This document shows, one piece after another, positions 38,316-47,200 of a stretch of DNA of 64,000 bases. The DNA comes from Candidatus Omnitrophota bacterium (GTDB taxonomy: Bacteria; Omnitrophota; Gorgyraeia; Gorgyraeales; Gorgyraeaceae), in assembly GCA_043814965.1 (NCBI GenBank), contig JBDRJN010000014.1:3084-67083 (forward strand), written 5' to 3'. A program made the position numbers and the translations under genes. The notes below the pieces were generated by a model. The model saw only the letters and a program-made list of their open reading frames with translations, was not told the DNA's origin and did no database searches. Within the stretch, counting starts at the first letter, position 1. Each line of letters starts with the position of its first letter.

Positions 38316-39401
38316 ATGACACGACAGATAAAAGTTGGAAAAGTTAAGATCGGCGGCGGGGCTCCTGTGTCAGTGCAGTCTATGGTAAAGACTGAAACGA
38401 CTAAGGTCCAGTCAGTCATTAAAGAGATAAAGGCCTTGGAGGATGTTGGGTGTGAGATCGTAAGGCTTGCAGTAAAAGATAATAAAGGAGCTTCTTGTTT
38501 AAAAAAGATAAAGAGTTCTGTCAATATACCCATTGTAGCTGATATTCATTATGACTATAGGCTCGCGCTTTTAGCTATTGAAAACGGGGTGGATAAGATC
38601 AGATTGAACCCGGGCAATATCTATAAAAAAGAACATGTCTTTGAGGTCGCTAGGCATGCTAAAAAGAATAGGATCCCTATTAGAGTAGGGGTGAATTCCG
38701 GGTCATTAAAGACACAAGACACAAGACACAAGACACAAGACACAAGACACAAGTCACAAGACACAAGTCACAAGTCACAAGTTGATATTATGGTGAAGTC
38801 AGCGTTAGATTATATAAAGCTCTTGGAGAAGGCTGGATTTTACGATATAATAGTCTCATTAAAGGCATCGGATGTGCTTATGACAATAGATGCTTATAGA
38901 AAGTTTTCTAAGGCATCAGATTATCCTCTTCACCTTGGCGTAACTGCAGCAGGCCCTAAATCATCTGGCCTGGTCAAGTCTTCTATAGGCATAGGGGTGT
39001 TATTACTAGAAGGCATAGGGGATACGATCAGGGTATCCTTGACAGGGAATTCTTCCAGCGAAGTCATGGCTGCGCAGAATATTTTGCAGGCTATAAACTT
39101 AAGGAGATTTTATCCCGAGATCATCTCTTGCCCAACATGCGGGAGGTGCCAGGTAGATTTGAGCCAGATAGTGGCTAAAGTAGAGGAACGGATTACGGAT
39201 TACGGGTTACGGGTTACGGGTAAAAAAAATCCGAAGATCGCTATAATGGGCTGTGAAGTCAATGGCCCGGGTGAAGCAAAAGAAGCTGATTTCGGCATTG
39301 CATTTGGCAAAGGGGCCGGAGTATTGTTCAAAAAAGGTAAGATTATAAAGAGAATCGAAGAAAAAGACACTATCAAGACACTCTTACGCTATTTAGGGTA
39401 A
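38316..39401 (+). CDS. ispG: 4-hydroxy-3-methylbut-2-en-1-yl diphosphate synthase (GcpE), carrying in-frame heptamer-repeat insertions
   Basis: KVGKVKIGGGAPVSVQSM and the C-terminal 4Fe-4S cysteines (CPTCGRC..GCEVNGPGE) match IspG. The 9 x ACACAAG tandem at 38711-38773 encodes TQDTRHK-type repeats in a surface linker. Confidence 0.9.
   Translation: MTRQIKVGKVKIGGGAPVSVQSMVKTETTKVQSVIKEIKALEDVGCEIVRLAVKDNKGASCLKKIKSSVNIPIVADIHYDYRLALLAIENGVDKIRLNPGNIYKKEHVFEVARHAKKNRIPIRVGVNSGSLKTQDTRHKTQDTRHKSQDTSHKSQVDIMVKSALDYIKLLEKAGFYDIIVSLKASDVLMTIDAYRKFSKASDYPLHLGVTAAGPKSSGLVKSSIGIGVLLLEGIGDTIRVSLTGNSSSEVMAAQNILQAINLRRFYPEIISCPTCGRCQVDLSQIVAKVEERITDYGLRVTGKKNPKIAIMGCEVNGPGEAKEADFGIAFGKGAGVLFKKGKIIKRIEEKDTIKTLLRYLG
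38711..38773 (+). repeat. 9 tandem heptamers (ACACAAG / TCACAAG) inside ispG, in frame (63 nt)
   Basis: Direct reading: (ACACAAG)x5, TCACAAG, ACACAAG, (TCACAAG)x2. A second array at 39186-39222 is (CGGATTA)x2(CGGGTTA)x2. Confidence 0.9.
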
Positions 39402-39426
39402 CTGTGAACGGGGTGCGGGATACAAA

Positions 39427-41157
39427 ATGCGTTGGTCAAAATATTTTATACCTACATTAAAAGAGATCCCTGCTGAAGCAGAGGCAGTAAGCCACAAGCT
39501 CATGATAAGAGCAGGCCTTATAAGAAAACTTGCTTCAGGAGCTTATACTTATTTACCGCTTGGCCTAAAGGTCTTAAAAAAAGTAGAGAATATTATACGG
39601 GAAGAGATGGATAAAAAAGGCGCGATAGAGCTTTTTTTGCCTTCCCTCCAGCCAGTTGAGTTATGGCATGAATCAGGTAGGTATAAGGCCTTGGGAGAGG
39701 ATCTTATAAAGTTTAAGGATAGACATGATCGCGTTATGGTATTCGGGCCTACACATGAAGAAGTTATAACTGACCTAGTCAGAAATCATATAAAAAGCTA
39801 TAGACAACTGCCCATAACATTGTATCAGATACAGACAAAATTTAGAGATGAGGTGCGCCCTAGATTTGGCGTGATGAGAAGCAGGGAATTCATAATGAAG
39901 GATGCGTATAGCTTTGATAGGGACACGCAAGGCCTTGATAAGAGCTATAAGTCAATGTATGAGGCATATGAGGCTATTTTTAAAAGGTGCGGCCTCGAGG
40001 TAATAGCAGTAGAAGCTGATTCAGGGGTCATGGGTGGAGATGTCTCTCATGAATTTATGATGTTAGCTGAAAGCGGTGAAGATAAATTAGCGCATTGCGT
40101 GTCTTGCGGTTATGCTGCAAGTTTAGATGTTGCAAGTTGCAAGACACCTGCCTGCCGGCAGGCAGGGCAAGACACAAATTGCAAGATGCAGGCGATGAAA
40201 GAAGTAGACACTCCAGGGGTGAGCACTATTGAGAAGGTCTCAGAACTCTTAAAGACAAAGCCAGATAAAATGGTAAAAACGCTTATATATATATCGGATG
40301 AGAAACCAGTCGCAGTGCTCATAAGGGGTGACCAAGAAGCAAATGAAGCAAAGATAAAAAAATATCTTAATACTACTTCATTAGAGATGGCAGGCGAGGA
40401 CACTATTAAAAAGGCAACAGGAGGTCCTCTTGGTTTTTCAGGGCCAGTAGGCCTCAAAGATATCAGGATAATAGCTGATAATTCCATAAAGGCCATGTCA
40501 AATTTTATAACAGGAGCCAATAAAAATGACAAGCATCTTTTGAATGTCAATCTGGAAAGAGACCTTAAGGTCAAAGAATATGGGGACCTCAGGATGGCTG
40601 GAGAAGGCGATATATGTCCTAAGTGTTCGAAAGCAATAAAGATAGAAAATGCTATTGAAATGGGGCATGTATTTAAATTGGGCTTAAAGTATTCAAAGGC
40701 AATGTCAGCTGAATTCCTGGATGAGGACAGTACGCTTAAGCCAATGGTAATGGGATGTTATGGCATAGGGGTCAATAGGATCATAGCAGCTTCTATAGAG
40801 CTGCATAATGATAGATCAGGCATAATATGGCCTAGGTCTATTGCGCCATTTGATGTAGTTATAGTTCCTATAAATTATGAAAAAGAGGCTGTTAAAACAT
40901 GCGCTGACAAAGTATATAACTTATTGAAAGAAAATAAGTTAGATGTATTGATAGATGATAGGGACCTGAGCGCTGGAGTAAAATTCAATGATACTGAACT
41001 TATAGGAATACCTCTTCAGGTAGTTATAGGCGAAAGAGGCCTTAAAAATAATACAGTTGAGATCAAGGAAAGACAGCAAGGCCAAGCAAAGCAAGTCAAA
41101 AACCAAGCCAAAGATATTCTAGCAGCAATCCTTAATCTATCGGATAAAGATCAGTAA
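39427..41157 (+). CDS. proS: prolyl-tRNA synthetase (bacterial type with INS editing domain)
   Basis: Class II aaRS motifs and the ProRS-specific anticodon-binding C-terminus are present. Length is 576 aa. It contains a palindromic repeat insertion at 40124-40192. Confidence 0.9.
   Translation: MRWSKYFIPTLKEIPAEAEAVSHKLMIRAGLIRKLASGAYTYLPLGLKVLKKVENIIREEMDKKGAIELFLPSLQPVELWHESGRYKALGEDLIKFKDRHDRVMVFGPTHEEVITDLVRNHIKSYRQLPITLYQIQTKFRDEVRPRFGVMRSREFIMKDAYSFDRDTQGLDKSYKSMYEAYEAIFKRCGLEVIAVEADSGVMGGDVSHEFMMLAESGEDKLAHCVSCGYAASLDVASCKTPACRQAGQDTNCKMQAMKEVDTPGVSTIEKVSELLKTKPDKMVKTLIYISDEKPVAVLIRGDQEANEAKIKKYLNTTSLEMAGEDTIKKATGGPLGFSGPVGLKDIRIIADNSIKAMSNFITGANKNDKHLLNVNLERDLKVKEYGDLRMAGEGDICPKCSKAIKIENAIEMGHVFKLGLKYSKAMSAEFLDEDSTLKPMVMGCYGIGVNRIIAASIELHNDRSGIIWPRSIAPFDVVIVPINYEKEAVKTCADKVYNLLKENKLDVLIDDRDLSAGVKFNDTELIGIPLQVVIGERGLKNNTVEIKERQQGQAKQVKNQAKDILAAILNLSDKDQ
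40124..40192 (+). repeat. heptamer/palindrome element inside proS coding sequence
   Basis: GTTGCAAGTTGCAAGACAC, then the CCTGCCTGCCGGCAGGCAGG palindrome at 40147-66, then GCAAGACACAAATTGCAAG. The same palindrome (1 mismatch) recurs at 49555-49574. Confidence 0.7.
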
Positions 41158-41174
41158 TATATTATCAGTATATA

Positions 41175-41203
41175 TTGACAGGAAAGCGGTTACATGGTAT
41201 ACT
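41175..41203 (+). promoter_or_regulatory. putative sigma70-type promoter of the giant gene (TTGACA-17-TATACT)
   Basis: TTGACA at 41175-80, a 17-nt spacer, then TATACT at 41198-203. A hairpin GCTACTTT..AAAGTAGC lies in the leader. An AAGGAG RBS lies 6 nt before the ATG at 41287. Confidence 0.5.
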
Positions 41204-41286
41204 TATAATAGCTACTTTCAAATACTTTTAAAGTAGCTTTAATAAGTCAAACAAACAGGTTAAATAGGAAAAGTAAGGAGATATTA

Positions 41287-44200
41287 ATGACAGTATGTTC
41301 TTTAAGGAAAACGTGTTCTGTCTTTTTAATAGTGATCTTTACTATTACTAATATTGCCTATGGAGCTCCCAGCGAAAGGTCCTTTTTTAAGAATAAAAAA
41401 GTAGATTATAAGAAATTAAGCACCCAAAGCCAAGAACAGCTCGAGAAGAAAAAGGCTGTTTTAAGCGGTGAAGATGTAAAAAAGACAAGTAAAAAACCTT
41501 CCAAGGCCAAGCAAATAGATTTTAGCGCCCATCTAAGCGATATATCAGAGATAAATATCCCCGGCGAATTAGGAAGAGTCGTTGAGGTATATAAAGCCCC
41601 TGATTCTGAAAAAGACAAGAACAGGCTTGTAGTACATATCCAGGACCTCCATGCCAATCCTGAGGCTACACTTAACCTGGCAAGTATATTGGAGATATTG
41701 GTAAAAGATTATAACCTGGATCTAATATGTTCTGAAGGCGCGGAAGGAGAGGTTGATACATCAAGCGTTTCCAGTTTTCCTGACGCTGAGATCAGGAAAA
41801 AGACAGCAAAGCTATTTGTAAATTCAGGAGAACTTACAGGAGAAGAATACCTTTCTATTACCAAATACCCGGATCTTCCTATATGGGGAATAGAAGATAA
41901 GGATATATATTTCAATAATATAGTCCAGTTCAATAAGATAATGCAGTTTTCCAACTCCAGTTATGTCTTTATCTCGCAGTGCACAAATGCGCTGGATGCG
42001 TTGAAGCCTTACATATACTCAAAAGAGATCCTGGAATTGGACCAGAAAGAATCCGAATACGATAATGGTAATCTGGAGACATCTTTGTACCTGGATTATG
42101 TCTTGCCTTATGTGGAGCAGTTCAATATATCGAAAGACAAATATAAAAATATCTCTCTTTTAACAGAGACGATGGCTAAAGAAAAGACTATTGACCAGCA
42201 AAAGGTGATGAAAGAATCGCAAGACCTTTTAATGGACCTTCAGAATATGCTTTCAAGAAAAGGCGGAGAATCTGACCTGGAAGCCCTGATAGCCAAGGCA
42301 GAGCTTTTTAAGAATAAGAAAATATCGCCATTCTCTTTCTATAATTACCTGAAGGGCCTGGCTCAGAAGCACCTGAAGGAGAAATCAGAGAGCTATACGT
42401 ATCTAAATGAATTTATAGATTATCTTACCAAGGTAAACGATCTTGATGCTTCAAAGCTTTTTACTGAGATCGGGGAATTAAGTTATGAGATAAAAGATAA
42501 TCTTGCCAAAAAAGACGAAGAAAAGCTTCTTACAAAGGTTATACGTAATGCAAAGTTCTTGACAGGGTTTTTTAGCCTCAAGATATCCAATGAAGAGCTT
42601 GACTACTACCTGGAAGACAAACCTTCTTTTGAAGTATCATTCTTTAAGGAATTCCTAGAGCCCAACCTTAAAAAATATAATATTACGAGTTACGTGGATT
42701 ATAACCCTGAATTTATAGACAATAAGTTCAGCGAAATAGAGGAGTTTTACGGTACTGTAAAATCGCGAGATTTTTCCATGTTCAATAATTCCATGTCTCA
42801 GATCGAAAGTAGAAGAGCAAAAGTCGCAGCCCTTATATCAGGAGGTTTTCATACCAGGGGCATAACAAAACTATTAAGAGAAAAAGGTTATTCTTATGTA
42901 GTTATATCCCCTTACTCTTCGCAGGAGACAGATGAAGAGAACTACCACTTCCTTCTCTCAGGACAGCGTAAACCAATAGAAGAGCTTATAAGGCAGCTAG
43001 ACGTAGAAGAGACAGTCGATAGATTATCTTCCAATGATAATCTGCGCAGTTTAATGCGTTTCGGGAATAATACAGTAGAGGCCTGGAATAATTCTGTAGT
43101 ACCTCAAAAGATAGCTGAGATATTGGGATTAAAAGTAGAAGACGTACAATTAGAGCCTTTATTGAATGATGCTGCAATTGTGCTGGGATTAAGCAGCGGC
43201 GCAGAAGCATGGCATAGTTCTCCGGTAGGTATGGAAGTAAGGTCTCCAAGAAAAGGAGAGATAATATTAAAGTTCGATGATAATAGTTATGTAAAGATGA
43301 CGAGCCTTGGAGAGGTAAAACGTGTAGATAAAAAAGAATTCAGAGGAAAGACCACTCTTAGCATAACTCCTAATGTAGACGGAACTATAAATGTAGCTGA
43401 AACTGATAGAGGCAAAGGTTCGCCCCTGGAGTTGTTAAAATTCATGGTGGATGGGACATATTACGAAGGGGAGTCCATATCTAAAGCAGATTTAGTAGCT
43501 GGAAGGTCTTTTTCTGTATCTACTATAGACCTAGAGATAAAAAGCCTTACAGAACTCGGACTATTAAAAAAGAATAGTGATGGGACATATGAACTTACGA
43601 GCTATATAGGCCTAGAGCAATATAATAATATTAAAGCAGTTACAGGTCCTATAGTACAAGTTAATGGTAAAAACGAGGGATTAAATCGTTATAGGATAGA
43701 CGACCTGTCAGAAGATAAAAAGAATGAATTTAAAAATGCCATAGACTTTGCTGTAACTTACCAAAAGACCCCATCAAACTTTCTAAAAAAATTAATCCTT
43801 GCAGGAGGCAAGCTTGATATCAAAGGTACCGGTGAATCTGGCGAGGCCCTTGCGCTTTATTATGCGGATCTAGCTGAGACTTTTGCAGGACCTACTGGAA
43901 TAGAATCTGTGGCATTGAGTAAAAATATTACATTTGCTGAGGCAGGGCTTATAGCAGATATTGTAGATCATGCCAGCGCGCTTAATATTACAGGAACCAG
44001 AAACAGCATAAGTCAAGCTTTTGAAACAGCAAAAAATCTTTCTGTATCACGAGAGGAGCCTAGATACAGTATAAAAGAGACGTCACTAAGTTCAGATTTT
44101 GAAATAGCAAGAAATCTTCCTGATATGTATAGAGATCTTTCCCCGGAAAAGATCAAAGACAAGATCATAATAGTACGAGGCAATTTAAACGCGCCTTTGG

Positions 44201-47200
44201 ATAAATCTGGAGAAGTAAGTGATCCTACCAGGCCGGATAATATTGATAAGGCTGTTACTTATATAATTGAAAATGGAGGTACACCTGTTGTCTATGGCCA
44301 TCTCATGAGGCGTGAAAATAATATATCTATGGAGCCAGTAGCTAGTTATTTATCAGATAAATACGGACAAGATGATGTAGTTTTTCATAAGGGTAGCATC
44401 ACTAAAGACGGATTAACGATCAGTCGAAATAATATTATAAGGGGTAAGATCAATATCCTTGAAAATATAAGGCTCGTAGACAAAGAAAATGAAGCAAAGC
44501 TTGGCAGGCAGATCGCATCTCTTTCTGAAGACAAGATATTAGTAGCTGACGCGCTTGGGGATGAAGGATCAAGCGATGTCGTACATGTCTATAATGCCGC
44601 TAGCGAGGTATATCAGGGGCCGGAAGAAAGAAGAGAATTTTCTGAATTGGAAGATACACTGAAAAATGGCGTTGATGTAGTATTGTTCGGTGGATTTAAA
44701 ATAGAAAAACTGGATCTTTTATTAAGGCTGGTCGATGCCCTGAGAGATGGCGGTGTTGTCTTATTGGGGTCAGGACCTTCAGACCACATCAGGAACGATC
44801 CTGAAATAAAAGAGCAATTAAAAGGCCTTATTGATGCAGGAAAGATCATCTTAGCTGAAGGGGATAAGTATTATTTTAATAAAGTAATGGGAAGGGACAT
44901 GCCAGGAGATATCTCTTCTCAGGATCTAGAGAGATACTCCAATATCCTTGATAACCTTAAACCAGGCCAGAGGGTCTTATTTAATGGGACAATGGGTTTT
45001 ATGGAGAAAAAGGATAGTAATGAAAATATAGAAATATCCTATAGAGAAGGTACTAAAAAGATACTCGAGAAAGTATCTGAGATCAGTGAAAAAGGCGTAA
45101 AAGGCCTTGGAGTCGGAGGAGATGGTACAAAATGGGCCAGGCATTATAGATTGAATAAGAAGGAAAATATAATGCTGTCTACAGGAGGTGGAGTTTCCCT
45201 AAGCCTTATTACGCATGAACCTTTAAAAGGTACTAAAGCGCTTTCCAATAGAGCGCAAACTCAGAAAATTGCAAAGCGAGATTTTTCATCTGAGTATGGC
45301 TATGTAGCTGAGGATTTAGTCGGTCCGCTAGCTAGCATGGCAAAAACTACCAGCCAGGATAATACACCTTACGCAAAATACGCATCAGATAGAGATAATG
45401 TAAGCCCCTCTACCATAAAGACACAACCTGCTATTGGCCGTCCGGAAGCGGTAGCGTATGAGGCAGATTCTCCTTATAATATAATAACGCAGTTACAAGA
45501 AGCTAAAAAAACTGACTATGCCCGAAACTTACAGGATGTAATGAGTGTCGCATTAAGGGATTATCCGGAATTGAGAGATATTTCTTTTAAGATAAAAATA
45601 ATCAGCAACAGCCAGGAAAACCTTGCTGAATATATGCCAGGCCAGGAAATGATAACAATAGATGAGTCTATACTCGCTAATTTTGAACTTATGCGCCAGG
45701 AGCTTATCTCGGAAGAATTCCGCCATATGCTATATAATAATCTTGTACGGTCAGTAAGAAATAAAGATGTAACGCCTAGGCAGAGACTTGTAGAAGAGGC
45801 TGCCACAGATATGCAGAAATTTAGGGACCTTCTTAGGATACAGACAGCCGAGGGAAGAGCTGCTCTTATCGGGCCTTTGATCTATTCTACTGATAAATTC
45901 AATTTCTACAGGCTGCTTTTGAGAACTATACCGCAGGGAAAAGAAAGGAACGATGTCCTGGATATTCTTCTTCGAGACCATTTTATATCAGAAGATTTTA
46001 GAAATAATTATAGTGAGCGTAAAGGGATAAGCGGAGATGAGGAAAGGCAGGTAGAGGCCTTAAATACTCATTATAAAAACAATTCTGTATTTTCTCCGGA
46101 ATTACAGCGCTTGATGATTAAACCTATAACGCTTGAAGAAGTGAAAGCTTATGAAACCGATTTCAATAATATCAGGCTAGAGTATAGAGCGCAGAAGATG
46201 GCTGAAAAGCCGGCATCAGCTGAAGATACATGGACAGAGGTTACTAAGAAGTTTACAGATAAGGCAGAACAATATGAACGTGCAATGATACTTACTGAGT
46301 TAGATAAGATCGCTAGCGGCGACTATGTGGCTGAGGATCTAATCGGTCCGCTAGCTATTAACCAGCTTCCTATAGATGTAAGTGATGATAGAGATACTGT
46401 AGGAATTCTTTTGTCAGCAGAAGGGTTACTTGGAAAAGGTTTTATTAGCGAGAGAAGAATAGATAATAACAATGATCTCGACAGGACCAATCCTTCTAAG
46501 CCAGCTTACTATATTGACCGCATGGAGAATGCATTAGAAGAGCACAGTACATATGATGAGATAATACTCGCAGTTATAGATGACAGGATGAAAACACAGG
46601 TCTGGAAAGAGATTAAAACTGCATTCCAGGGTACTGAATACGAGTTTCTTTTACGTAAGATTAGAGTAGTAAGCAAGATCAAACCTGATACAGGCAATCA
46701 TGATGCAGTAATTGAACTGCTTGATTCAGCTGTAGGTGTAGGAAAAAAGGAAGATAATGATAAAGGTCGTTTCCTTATTATACAGACTGCCGGAAGCGGA
46801 TCTAGGAACTATCCTTTAACAGCAACTGCTAAAGGCAATAAGGGCCTAGTACAGGTACCGGGAGATATTGATGGTAAGGCAGTGTTCAATAATATTATTC
46901 AGACTATCTGCCAATCACATCAGCTCCTTGATGATACCCCATCTGGGACAGTTACTGTGCTGGGATGTGACCAGCTTTGGGCTGTAGCTAATTCAGTAAA
47001 AGGTAGTGGTGCAGGCTTAGATATTCTTGGCAATAGTGTTAGCATGGATAATGTTATTAAAGAACTCGTAGATCTAGGGATTATAAATGGAGTAGAAAAC
47101 AGCAAAATTATTTCTGATCTAACTGAAGAAGAGATTGCTTTAAGAATAGACTATCTTTTTGACCCTAAGATCAGAACTGAAGAAGTAGGTCTAAAATGGA

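Noticed and set aside
38711-38773. Possibility that the tandem heptamer arrays are a CRISPR array
   Set aside because: The units are 7 nt, directly abutting with no spacers, and lie inside a conserved ORF. CRISPR repeats are 23-50 nt separated by unique spacers. No cas genes are present in the window.
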